Below are positions 28,420 through 37,558 of a stretch of DNA of 64,000 nt, one piece after another. This DNA comes from Candidatus Brockarchaeota archaeon. GTDB taxonomy: Archaea; Thermoproteota; EX4484-205; JAAOZP01. The DNA lies in the NCBI GenBank assembly GCA_017601225.1, contig JAFNIX010000005.1, positions 55,831 to 119,830 on the forward strand, given 5' to 3'. Within the stretch, counting starts at the first letter, position 1; every line of letters begins with the position of its first letter. The position numbers and the translations under genes are program-made. Below the pieces are notes generated by a model. It was not told the origin of the DNA, did not search any database, and saw only the letters and a list, made by a program, of their open reading frames with translations.

Positions 28420-29729
28420 CGGGGATTCTGGGAATCTACCTTTTCGACGAGAAGTGGAATGCCGGGAGCTTCGGAATATACGGGTTGATGGCTCTGCAAC
28501 ACAGGGGTCAGGAGACGGCTGGAATTGAACTCATCGGGCAGGCTAGGCGGAGAGTTTTCGGGAAAGGCTTGGTTGAAGATGTTTTAAGCCACCTTGGTGC
28601 TGAGGGGCATATTTGTGTGGGCGCAGTTTCTCCTTATCCTGTTGAAGCCGAGGAGGATGTCCAGCCTCTCGCCTTCAATGAGAAAGTAACAGTAGCTTTA
28701 GACGGCAGAGTAACTAGGGTTGAAGGATATTCTTGGGATGCTTCGCTAAGCTACGAGGGTAACCTGAGGAAGGCTTTCGCAAGCTTCGCTGGGCCCAGGG
28801 GTGAAATAGAGACTGTTAAAGAGTTTTTCGACAACTGTAGGGGTGGCTTCGCCTACATTGCTGTGAACCATCGGATGGAGATGGTTGCGGGAAGGTGCAG
28901 CCTTGGTGTTAAGCCACTTGTGCTCGGTAAATTCGGGTTTGAAGGCGGGATTGTTGCTTCCGAGAGCTGCGTTATGGATGTTATTGGCGAGAGGGTTCCG
29001 ATAAGCCCTGCGGAGAATATTGAGGCTGGGGACGCGATGGTTTTCACACCCTTCTCAGCACGCTTGGTTAAGGGTGGCGATTCATCAAGCAGGGCCTACT
29101 GCAGCTTTGAATACGTGTATCTGGCTAGGCCTGACTCATATATTAACGATATTCCGATATACAGGGTTAGGAGGAACATAGGCAGGAAGCTTTCTGAGGA
29201 AGACAGGGTTGACGCGGACGTGGTGATAGGTGTTCCTGAGACGGCAATACCCTTCGCGATGGCATACTCTAACGAGACGGGTATACCTATAGAGAAGGGT
29301 TTCGAGCTTACTGGAAGGAGGGTTAGGAGCGCTCTGAGGCCGGATCAGTTTGAAAGGCTCAAAGGTGTTCAGCTTAAGCTGAACGTTATCAGCGAGGCTG
29401 TTAGGGGTAAAAGGGTTATCCTGATTGATGACAGCGTCGTACGGGGAAATACTCTTGCAAACATAGTCTACTTGATGAAGGAGAAGGGCGCTAAGGAGAT
29501 ACATGTCAGAATAGGGAGTCCGCATATTGTTTCACACTGTCCCTTCGGAGTTGAGGTTCCACCTGAGGATGAGCTTATTGGGAGACACTTGTCTGAGGAG
29601 AAGATCGCCGAGGTTGTTGGTGCAGACTCTTTCAAATACCTTAGTGTTGAGAGCTTGATTGAGGCGATCGGCTTGAAGAGGGATGAGCTTTGCCTGGGCT
29701 GCTTTAACTGTGTTTACCCGGAGGTGTAG
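28416..29729 (+). CDS. PurF-like paralog (amidophosphoribosyltransferase-like) with degenerate glutaminase site
   Basis: 437 aa. ATGA overlap with purF. Starts M-T-G-I-L-G (Thr where Cys1 should be). LQHRGQETAGI is conserved, but the NGN oxyanion motif reads DGR. The PRTase motif LIDDSVVRGNT is intact. Confidence 0.7.
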   Translation: MTGILGIYLFDEKWNAGSFGIYGLMALQHRGQETAGIELIGQARRRVFGKGLVEDVLSHLGAEGHICVGAVSPYPVEAEEDVQPLAFNEKVTVALDGRVTRVEGYSWDASLSYEGNLRKAFASFAGPRGEIETVKEFFDNCRGGFAYIAVNHRMEMVAGRCSLGVKPLVLGKFGFEGGIVASESCVMDVIGERVPISPAENIEAGDAMVFTPFSARLVKGGDSSSRAYCSFEYVYLARPDSYINDIPIYRVRRNIGRKLSEEDRVDADVVIGVPETAIPFAMAYSNETGIPIEKGFELTGRRVRSALRPDQFERLKGVQLKLNVISEAVRGKRVILIDDSVVRGNTLANIVYLMKEKGAKEIHVRIGSPHIVSHCPFGVEVPPEDELIGRHLSEEKIAEVVGADSFKYLSVESLIEAIGLKRDELCLGCFNCVYPEV

Positions 29730-29733
29730 CTGG

Positions 29734-31215
29734 TTGAAGGTTCTTCTGGTCGGCGGCGGCGGGAGGGAGCACGCGATAGCGGTGGCTTTTGCTAGAAGCA
29801 GCTATTCGCCTAAGCTCTACTGTCTCTCGGAGCTCGTCAACCCAGGTATAAGCAGGATTGTTAAAAACAGTGGTGGCGAATATTACGTTGGGAATCCTAA
29901 TGATCCTGAGATGGTTTTGAAGACTGCTTTAAAGACTGGTGTAGATTTCGTGTTCATAGGTCCCGAGGAGCCCAATTTCCACGGTGTTCCAGACAGCCTT
30001 GAGGAGAAAGGTGTCCCATGCATAGGTGCGAACCGGCAGGTTGCTGAAATAGAATTGTCTAAGGCAAGCATGAGGGATCTGCAGTGGAAATACAGGATTC
30101 CAGGGCGGCTCTGGTATAAGAAGTTCAGAACGTTCGAGGATGCCGCCCCGTATGTTGAAGAGTATGCTGAGAGCGTTGCGCTTAAGCCTGCTAGACAGGT
30201 GGGTGGGAAAGGGGTTAAGGTGATAGAGGACTTCCAGGTCTACTTGAAAGATGAGAAGAGGAAGGTGAAGAAGCAGCATGTCGAATCCATATACAGGGAC
30301 TACATGAAGGATTACGGCGATATGGATTTCAAAATACTGATAGAGGAAAGGGTCTGGGGGCCGGAGTATACGTTGCAATGCTTCACGGACGGTAGGACTA
30401 TAGTGCCTATGCCTGCTGTCCAGGATAATAAGCATGCTTTCGACGGCGACCTTGGTCCTGAAACAGGTGGAATGGGGTCTATATGTTGCGGCATGAATCT
30501 AAAATGGGGTGTTAACGATGAGAGAGCCATACTTACGGAGGAGGAGGTTGAGAAATCCGTTGAAATAGTTAAGATGATGGTTGATGCTATTCAGCTTGAA
30601 ACAGGTAGAAAATATCATGGTGTTGTAGCGGGACAAATGATGTTGACCTCGATATGGGGTCCAACTATAATAGAAATGTACTCTAGGCTCGGCGACCCTG
30701 AGGCTCTGAATGTCTTGGCCGTCCTTAAGACTGACATCGTTGAAATATGTGAAGCGATAATAAGCGAGAGGCTTAACACTGTTAAGGTTGAGTTTGAGGA
30801 TAAGGCCACTGTTGTGAAGGCAGTCTCCCCCCACGGATACCCATTGAGCAGGGATCTTGCAAAGGGCCATCTCGTGCTGGTTCATGATGATGAGGAGGGG
30901 ATTTTCTGGGCTTCAGCGGATTTGAAAAACTCTGGAACCATTAAGAGCGGCGGTTCCAGGCTTGTAGAGTGTCTCGGTGTTGCGGAAACCATACCTGAGG
31001 CAAGCCGAATTGCCGAGAGGCTTACGACGAAGGTTAGCCTTGCGGATGGTTGGGGGCTTTTCCACAGGAGTGATATAGGCTCTGAGAAATCTTTAGAGAG
31101 AAGAATAATGCTTGCTAACATGGCCAGGGAAATATATAAATATAGAGAAAGAAAGGGCATTCTCGGCAAGAGGATGATATGGATGCCTGGAAAAGGATTG
31201 GAGGAGGTTGGTTGA
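29734..31215 (+). CDS. purD: phosphoribosylamine--glycine ligase (GAR synthetase)
   Basis: N-terminal KVLLVGGGGREHAIA. ATP-grasp core. C-terminal FHRSDIG followed by about 45 extra residues. TTG start 4 nt after the purF-like stop. Confidence 0.85.
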   Translation: MKVLLVGGGGREHAIAVAFARSSYSPKLYCLSELVNPGISRIVKNSGGEYYVGNPNDPEMVLKTALKTGVDFVFIGPEEPNFHGVPDSLEEKGVPCIGANRQVAEIELSKASMRDLQWKYRIPGRLWYKKFRTFEDAAPYVEEYAESVALKPARQVGGKGVKVIEDFQVYLKDEKRKVKKQHVESIYRDYMKDYGDMDFKILIEERVWGPEYTLQCFTDGRTIVPMPAVQDNKHAFDGDLGPETGGMGSICCGMNLKWGVNDERAILTEEEVEKSVEIVKMMVDAIQLETGRKYHGVVAGQMMLTSIWGPTIIEMYSRLGDPEALNVLAVLKTDIVEICEAIISERLNTVKVEFEDKATVVKAVSPHGYPLSRDLAKGHLVLVHDDEEGIFWASADLKNSGTIKSGGSRLVECLGVAETIPEASRIAERLTTKVSLADGWGLFHRSDIGSEKSLERRIMLANMAREIYKYRERKGILGKRMIWMPGKGLEEVG

Positions 31216-31217
31216 AA

Positions 31218-31646
31218 ATGGCTAAGGTTGCTGTCATAGTGGGAAGCAAGTCGGATGAAGAAATCGGTAGAAACATCGTCGGTTTTTTGAAAGACTTCGG
31301 TGTTGACTGCGATTACAAGGTTCTCTCGGCACACCGGAATCCTGATGAGCTGGATGCCTTCGTGAGAAACAGTGATGCCGAGGTGTTTATTGCAGTAGCC
31401 GGTCTTTCAGCAGCTCTTCCAGGGGTTATAGCGTCTAAAACTGTTAGACCTGTGATCGGCGTTCCCAAGGAGGTTAAGCTTGGAGGTCTCGACGCGCTTC
31501 TTTCAATCGTTCAGATGCCTTCAGGCATACCGGTTGCTGCTGTCGGAATAGACAACTGGAAGAATGCTGCGATACTGGCAGTTGAAATACTCTCGCTGAA
31601 GTACCCCAGTCTCGCTGAGAGGCTTATGGCGGAGAGAAGGAAATGA
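31218..31646 (+). CDS. purE: N5-carboxyaminoimidazole ribonucleotide mutase / AIR carboxylase
   Basis: 143 aa. KVAVIVGSKSD..SAHRNPDEL..GVIAS..PVIGVP motifs. A GGAGG precedes the ATG, which lies 2 nt after the purD stop. Confidence 0.85.
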   Translation: MAKVAVIVGSKSDEEIGRNIVGFLKDFGVDCDYKVLSAHRNPDELDAFVRNSDAEVFIAVAGLSAALPGVIASKTVRPVIGVPKEVKLGGLDALLSIVQMPSGIPVAAVGIDNWKNAAILAVEILSLKYPSLAERLMAERRK

Positions 31647-31885
31647 GACTAAGGGTTGAAGTTAGGCTTAAACCGGGCCATTTCGACCCTGAGGGTGATG
31701 TGACTGCTAAGATGCTAAGGGATCTTGGCTTCCCAGTGACCATGGTTAAAACCGGTAAAGTCTATATCGTTGATGTTGAATCTGACGATCGTGAAGAAGC
31801 TTTAAGGCTTGCAGAGGAGATGTGTAGAAAACTGTTGGCCAACCCTGTTAAGGACGATTACAGCTTAGAGGTGTTACCCACCTGA
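31643..31885 (+). CDS. purS: FGAM synthase PurS subunit
   Basis: 80 aa. MRLRVEVRLKPGHFDPEG..LRDLGF matches PurS. ATGA overlap with purE. Confidence 0.85.
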   Translation: MRLRVEVRLKPGHFDPEGDVTAKMLRDLGFPVTMVKTGKVYIVDVESDDREEALRLAEEMCRKLLANPVKDDYSLEVLPT

Positions 31886-31983
31886 AGCCTGGCCTCCTGA
31901 GAAAGCCGTATGGTGATCTAGAGGTTTACGCTATAGATCTTTCTTCGGCAAGCGATGGCGACCTTCTTGAAATAAGCAGGGAA

Positions 31984-34233
31984 ATGGGGCTCGGCATAAG
32001 TCTGGAGAGAATGAGGTATTTAAAACAGTATTTTAAGGAAAGGCCTCCGACAGACGTTGAGCTTCAAATGATTGGTCAAACATGGTCTGAACACTGTTTT
32101 CATAACGTTTTCAAGGGAGACGTTATTACTGATGACGGCCGCTTGATAAACAGTATTTTGAAGACGTATATAATGAGGTCGACTAAGGAGCTGGACAAGG
32201 ACTGGTGTATCTCAGTATTCGAGGACAATGCGGGAATAATAGATTTCGACAAGGGTTATGCTGTAGCTGCAAAGGTTGAGACGCATAATCATCCTTCTGC
32301 AGTGGAGCCTTTCGGAGGGGCAGCAACCGGGGTGGGGGGAGTGATAAGGGATATTCTCGGAGTATGGGGAGAGCCGGTTGCTTTAACGGACGTTTTATGT
32401 TTCGGTCCGTTGGAAACCAGGTATGATGAGCTTCCTCCAGGGGTTAAGCATCCCCGCTACCTATACAGGGGGGTAGTAGCCGGAATAGGCAGCTATGGCA
32501 ATAACATGGGTATCCCAACCGTCTCGGGGGCAGTAATTTTCGACAAGGGTTACACTGGCAATGTGGTTGTTTACTGCGGCTGCATAGGGATTCTTCCCAA
32601 GGATGCTTACGTTAGGAATACTCGCAGGGGTGATCTGGCTGTTCTGGCGGGCGGTAGAACAGGCAGAGATGGTATTCACGGTGTGACGTTCGCATCGGCT
32701 GAGCTCACTGAGGAGGCGGAAGAGTTGAGGTCGGCTGTTCAAATACCGAACCCGATAGTGGAGGAGAGGCTTAGGAGGGCCATTCTAAGGATAAGGGATG
32801 AGAGGCTTGCCACTGGTATAACTGACCTTGGTGGGGGAGGATTATCTTGCGCAGCAGGGGAAATGGCATACAGGTCAAAACTGGGTGTTGACATCGAGTT
32901 GGATATGGTTCCTCTTAAGGCTCCTGACATGGCTCCTTGGGAGATATGGGTTTCAGAATCACAGGAGAGGATGCTTCTCTCAGTGCCGGAGGAAAACCTT
33001 GAAAGAGTCCTAGAGATATTCAGCGAAGAGGATGTTGAGGCAAGCGTCGTTGGAAGATTCGTTGAAACGGGCAGAGTCAGGGTTTTCACGAGGAAAACAG
33101 TCGTATGCGACTTAGACCTAGTTTTCCTATTTAACCCTCCTAAGGTTACTAGGAGGGCAAGAATACCTAGGCTTACGCCAGCTTGGGTCGACTTGAAGGA
33201 GCCTATTGACCTTGCCGGAGAGATTCTGACTCTTCTCTCAGATCCGAACATCAGGAGTAAGGAGGATGTTATCAGAACCTATGATCATGAGGTTAGGGGC
33301 TGCACGGTGGTTAAGCCTCTTCATGGTGAGGAGGCTGGGCCTAGTGACGCTGCGGTGGTAAAGCCCCTGAGGGATTCTTGGACGGGCATAGTAATATCGT
33401 GCGGAGTAAACCCTTTCTACCCCGACCCATACTGGATGGCTGCAGCCTCTATAGAGGAGGCTTTAAGGAATAATGCTGCAGTCGGGGGTAGGAGGGTCGC
33501 AATACTAGACAACTTCGTCTGGGGGAGCCCTGAGAACGAGGATAATATGGGTAGGCTGCTTAAGGCTGTGGAGGCTTGCTACGATTTCTCTAAGGCTTTA
33601 GACACGCCTTTCATCTCCGGCAAGGATAGTCTTTACAACGAGTCGCCGCTGGGCCCGGTGAGGCCAACACTCTTAGTGACAGGCGTAGGAATAATTCCAG
33701 ACATTAGGAACGTGGTTACCATAAGCCTTAAGGAGGAAGGGAGCCGTGTTTACATTATCGGCTCAACCAAGGAGGAGCTGAGGGGCTCAGCATACTTCAG
33801 GCTTAAAGGGGTTGACGGGGGAGAGGTGCCTAAGCTGGATGCGAAACTGTCTAGGAGCCTAATTAATTCTCTAATCCGGGCGGTTGACGAGAAACTCGTA
33901 TTGTCATGCCATGACCTGTCAGAGGGTGGTTTGGGAGTGGCTGCGGCTGAGATGGTCGTTGCATCGAAAAACCTGGGTATAGAGTTAGATCTTGGCAAGG
34001 TCCCCTCAAACACGGCTAGAAGCGACTACGTTCTCTTCTCAGAGTCGACGTCAAGGTTCCTCGTTGAGGTTGATGGAGCCCGGTGGAGAAGGTTTGAAGA
34101 GCTTTTCTCAGGACTACCGTTCAGCATGGTTGGCAGAGTAGCCAGAGGCATTGGGCTGCGCATAATCGATCTCAAGAATGGACTGCATGAGTTAAGCGGG
34201 TCGGAAATCAAGAAAGCCTGGAGGGGTTACTGA
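31984..34233 (+). CDS. purL: FGAM synthase II (large subunit)
   Basis: 749 aa. N-terminal ERMRYLKQYFKERPPTDVELQMIGQTWSEHCFH and duplicated PurM-like domains. Confidence 0.9.
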   Translation: MGLGISLERMRYLKQYFKERPPTDVELQMIGQTWSEHCFHNVFKGDVITDDGRLINSILKTYIMRSTKELDKDWCISVFEDNAGIIDFDKGYAVAAKVETHNHPSAVEPFGGAATGVGGVIRDILGVWGEPVALTDVLCFGPLETRYDELPPGVKHPRYLYRGVVAGIGSYGNNMGIPTVSGAVIFDKGYTGNVVVYCGCIGILPKDAYVRNTRRGDLAVLAGGRTGRDGIHGVTFASAELTEEAEELRSAVQIPNPIVEERLRRAILRIRDERLATGITDLGGGGLSCAAGEMAYRSKLGVDIELDMVPLKAPDMAPWEIWVSESQERMLLSVPEENLERVLEIFSEEDVEASVVGRFVETGRVRVFTRKTVVCDLDLVFLFNPPKVTRRARIPRLTPAWVDLKEPIDLAGEILTLLSDPNIRSKEDVIRTYDHEVRGCTVVKPLHGEEAGPSDAAVVKPLRDSWTGIVISCGVNPFYPDPYWMAAASIEEALRNNAAVGGRRVAILDNFVWGSPENEDNMGRLLKAVEACYDFSKALDTPFISGKDSLYNESPLGPVRPTLLVTGVGIIPDIRNVVTISLKEEGSRVYIIGSTKEELRGSAYFRLKGVDGGEVPKLDAKLSRSLINSLIRAVDEKLVLSCHDLSEGGLGVAAAEMVVASKNLGIELDLGKVPSNTARSDYVLFSESTSRFLVEVDGARWRRFEELFSGLPFSMVGRVARGIGLRIIDLKNGLHELSGSEIKKAWRGY

Positions 34234-34234
34234 A

Positions 34235-35032
34235 ATGAGCCTCAATGGGTTTAAGGCCTGCGTCCTCAGGACCGGCGGTACGAACTGCGACCTTGAAACA
34301 AGCATTGCTCTCGAGGAAGTAGGCATTAAGGCGGAGATAATCCATATGAATCGGATTGAGAATAAAAGCCTTCTCGACTATCATCTGGTCGTTTTCCCCG
34401 GAGGTTTCTCATACGGAGACTACGTGAGGGCTGGCGCAGTATGGGGTAAAAATGTTCTTGTAAAGCTTAGGATAGAGCTTGAGAGGTTTATAGAGGAGGG
34501 TAGGCTTGTGCTCGGCATCTGCAATGGCTTCCAGGTTCTAGTTGAGGCTGGAATACTGCCTGGCGACGGTGTCAGCGAAACTCCGTCGGCAGCGCTTGCA
34601 AACAATTCTTCAGCAAGGTATGAGTGCAGATGGGTCTGGCTGAGGGTTGAGAATAATGAAACGCCTTTCACCATGATGATGGAGAAAGGTGAAGTTCTCA
34701 GAATACCTGTGGGGCATGCTGAAGGAAGATTCCTCACGCGGTCCGAAAAGGATTTAGAAGAGCTTAAGAAGAATAGACAGATTGTCTTCAGATACGTGCT
34801 TCCAAACGGGGATTGTGCTAATGGCCTATACCCGTTCAATCCTAATGGCTCAACGTATGATGTCGCTGGGATATGTAACAGGAAAGGGAATGTCATGGGA
34901 ATGATGCCTCACCCGGAGAGAGCTTTCTTCGGATGGCAACTAGTAGAGTGGGGTAAAACACCCCCTGAAAGAGGAGATGGGAGGAAGATTTTCGAAAGCA
35001 TTGTTAAATACTTTAGAGAAAGGATTTATTGA
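34235..35032 (+). CDS. purQ: FGAM synthase I (glutaminase subunit)
   Basis: 265 aa. GGTNCD..ICNGFQVL (catalytic Cys) ..HPE motif of the class-I GATase triad. 1-nt spacer after purL. Confidence 0.85.
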   Translation: MSLNGFKACVLRTGGTNCDLETSIALEEVGIKAEIIHMNRIENKSLLDYHLVVFPGGFSYGDYVRAGAVWGKNVLVKLRIELERFIEEGRLVLGICNGFQVLVEAGILPGDGVSETPSAALANNSSARYECRWVWLRVENNETPFTMMMEKGEVLRIPVGHAEGRFLTRSEKDLEELKKNRQIVFRYVLPNGDCANGLYPFNPNGSTYDVAGICNRKGNVMGMMPHPERAFFGWQLVEWGKTPPERGDGRKIFESIVKYFRERIY

Positions 35033-35164
35033 CCAGGAATCCAAGTGAGTACACGCTATACATTAGAAGGAAAAGCTTCATAATATTTCTGCCAATAGTT
35101 TTTGAAACATATGGTGGGGAGATGGTTTTTCAATTTTTAAAAATAAACCTTAAATCCCTCGTCT

Positions 35165-35878
35165 TTGAAAAACTCGGATAGTAGGAGCTTGATAATAAAG
35201 GGAATACAGAAACTGAGCCTAATAGATTATCCGGGTAGGGTCGCATGCACACTATTCACGTTTGGCTGCAACTTTCGCTGTCCGTACTGCCATAACCCCG
35301 AGCTGGTTATAGATGATGGAACGCCTCTGATCCCTGAGAGCGATGTGCTTCGCTTCTTGGAAGACAGGAGAGGTTTTCTAGACGGGGTGTGCATAACCGG
35401 TGGAGAGCCCACGCTTCACGATGATCTTCCAAACTTCATTAAGAGGGTTAAGGGTCTCGGATATTCTGTTAAGCTGGATACGAATGGAACAAGCCCTGAA
35501 GTGCTTCGGAGGCTTATAGGGGAAAAGCTTGTAGACTATATTGCTATGGATGTTAAAGCCCCTTTGGAAAAATACGAGAGCGTAGTGAGGGTTAAGGTGG
35601 ATACTAGTAGGATTGCTGAAAGCGTTGAGATAGTTAAGTCTTTCCCAGAGCACGAGTTTAGGACGACAGTCGTCCCAGAGCTTCTTACGAGGGAGGATAT
35701 TTTAGCGATAGCGAGGTGGCTTAAGGGTTCTAGAAGATTTTTCATTCAGCAGTTTAAGCAAACTAAAACCCTTGATAAAATTTTTATGGAAAAACAAGTT
35801 TACTCTGCCGTTGAACTTGAAAAAATACGTGATGAGATAAGATGTTTCTTCGAAGTTTGTAGGATAAGGAATATTTAG
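35165..35878 (+). CDS. glycyl-radical-enzyme-activating radical SAM protein (NrdG/PflA-like)
   Basis: 237 aa. LIDYPGRVACTLFTFGCNFRCPYCHN (CxxxCxxC-HN) and ITGGEPTL. TTG start. An AT-rich box about 25 bp upstream. Confidence 0.55.
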   Translation: MKNSDSRSLIIKGIQKLSLIDYPGRVACTLFTFGCNFRCPYCHNPELVIDDGTPLIPESDVLRFLEDRRGFLDGVCITGGEPTLHDDLPNFIKRVKGLGYSVKLDTNGTSPEVLRRLIGEKLVDYIAMDVKAPLEKYESVVRVKVDTSRIAESVEIVKSFPEHEFRTTVVPELLTREDILAIARWLKGSRRFFIQQFKQTKTLDKIFMEKQVYSAVELEKIRDEIRCFFEVCRIRNI

Positions 35879-35911
35879 CTAGGTTTACATCCTCTAGAAT
35901 ATACTGAAAAA

Positions 35912-36316
35912 TTACCGTTCGCCTCTTGTTACAAGGCTGAAAGGCCTTCCTTCTTCAAGTATGTGTTTAGGAACCTTTTCAGCATATTTCCTTAAGAAGG
36001 AAAGGTCTTCCTTCGCGTCTCTCAATTCATCGGGAAGAAGTTGGGGAATCTCGTCAACGATTGGATACCACCTGTTACACTTAGAACATATTAGTAAACC
36101 GTTTAGTATCTCTCTTTTCATGCATTTATCGCATACCTCTGCGCTGAGGCCGGCGTCTTTGACTATAGCCCCGTTTAAGCCACAATATAGCTCGCATATT
36201 ATGCTCTCATGCTTAAATCCAATACTTCTTTCTTCTTCTTGAAAAACTATTAGTTTCAGGGGAAAATCCTTATCTATTGGGCAGGCAAGCAGATCCATTA
36301 GCCTATACTTCATGAT
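35912..36316 (-). CDS. Trm112-like zinc-ribbon protein (methyltransferase activator family)
   Basis: Taken from the internal Met. MKYRLMDLLACPIDKDFPL ... CDKC..LICSKCNRWYPIVDEIPQLL matches the Trm112 fold including the Zn-binding Cys pairs. Confidence 0.5.
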   Translation of the reverse strand: MMKYRLMDLLACPIDKDFPLKLIVFQEEERSIGFKHESIICELYCGLNGAIVKDAGLSAEVCDKCMKREILNGLLICSKCNRWYPIVDEIPQLLPDELRDAKEDLSFLRKYAEKVPKHILEEGRPFSLVTRGER

Positions 36317-36404
36317 CCTTTTGGGTTTCAGCTCAAAGTTAAAAACGTTACTTAAGCTCTCTATTACAAGCTTTAAAAAGTCCCATAGGGATTTCTCCGG
36401 CGAA

Positions 36405-37553
36405 ATGGGGCAGCAGGGCGGGTTCAAGGTTACTCCTTGGACTGTGGAAGGCGTGGTGGATTACGAGAAGCTCGTGAGAGAGTTTGGAACCGAACCGCTC
36501 ACCCCTCAGCTTAAAGAAAGGCTTGTTAGGCTTGCCGGGGAAGACCATCTTCTCCTGCGACGAGGGGTCTTCTTCTCCCACAGGGATCTTGACAGGGTTT
36601 TAGACGACTATGAGGCTGGGAAAGGCTTCTTCCTCTACACCGGTAGGGGTCCAAGCGGGCCAATGACGCTGGGCCACATAATTCCCTTCTACTTCACTAA
36701 ATGGCTTCAAGACAGGTTTAGGTGCAACGTTTACATCGAGCTGACTGACGACGAGAAGTTCTTGGAGGAAAGCAGGAATCTGACCATTGAGGACGTTAGA
36801 AAATGGTCATATGAGAACGCACTTGACATTGCCGCAGTAGGGTTCGACCCTGACAAGACTTTCATATTCCAAGATATGGAATATGTGCGCAACATGTATC
36901 CTATGGTTCTGAAGATCGCTAAGAAGGTTAATTTCAGCTGGGTTAGGGCTGTTTTCGGCTTCGATGCGAGTACGAACATAGGCATGATCTTCTACCCCGC
37001 CTTCCAAATATGCGTGACCTTCTTCGAGAAGAGACGGTGTCTAATCCCGGCTGCGATAGATCAGGATCCTTATTGGAGGATTCAGAGGGATATTGCTGAG
37101 AGCTTCGGCTACTATAAGACTGCAGCCATCCACTGCAAGTTTCTCCCGCCTTTGACTGGTCCCTCGGGTAAGATGAGCGCCTCTCAGCCGGAGAGCGCCA
37201 TCTATCTTAACGAGGATGAGAAGAGCATACGGAGGAAGATATTTCAAGCGTTTTCCGGAGGACAGCCAACGGTTGAGGAGCACAGGAGGCTTGGCGGAAA
37301 CCCAGATGTGGATGTGCCCTACCAATGGCTCTACTTCTTCTTCGAGGAGGATGATGAGAAGCTTCGTAGGATCAGGGAGGAGTACTCCTCGGGAAGAATG
37401 CTGAGCGGAGAGATAAAGGAGATACTGGTGGAGAAGGTTACGGGTTTTCTTGAGAAGCATACTGCTAGGCGTGAAGACGCGAGGGAAAATCTTAGGCTGA
37501 TGAAGTATGAGGGCAGTCTTGCTAAGGAAATGTGGAGCAAGACTATAGAGTAG
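36405..37553 (+). CDS. trpS: tryptophan--tRNA ligase
   Basis: Start placed at MGQQGGFKVTPW (archaeal TrpRS N-terminus). The HIGH-like GRGPSGPMTLGHIIPF and the KMSAS motif are present. Confidence 0.85.
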   Translation: MGQQGGFKVTPWTVEGVVDYEKLVREFGTEPLTPQLKERLVRLAGEDHLLLRRGVFFSHRDLDRVLDDYEAGKGFFLYTGRGPSGPMTLGHIIPFYFTKWLQDRFRCNVYIELTDDEKFLEESRNLTIEDVRKWSYENALDIAAVGFDPDKTFIFQDMEYVRNMYPMVLKIAKKVNFSWVRAVFGFDASTNIGMIFYPAFQICVTFFEKRRCLIPAAIDQDPYWRIQRDIAESFGYYKTAAIHCKFLPPLTGPSGKMSASQPESAIYLNEDEKSIRRKIFQAFSGGQPTVEEHRRLGGNPDVDVPYQWLYFFFEEDDEKLRRIREEYSSGRMLSGEIKEILVEKVTGFLEKHTARREDARENLRLMKYEGSLAKEMWSKTIE

Positions 37554-37558
37554 ATGCT

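Noticed and set aside
31885-31983. Frame 1 is open for about 100 nt upstream of the purL ATG and encodes ..DGDLLEISRE, suggesting a longer purL
   Set aside because: There is no ATG/GTG/TTG in that frame between the upstream stop (31867-31869) and 31984. The MGLGISLERMRYL start also aligns with the known archaeal PurL N-terminus.
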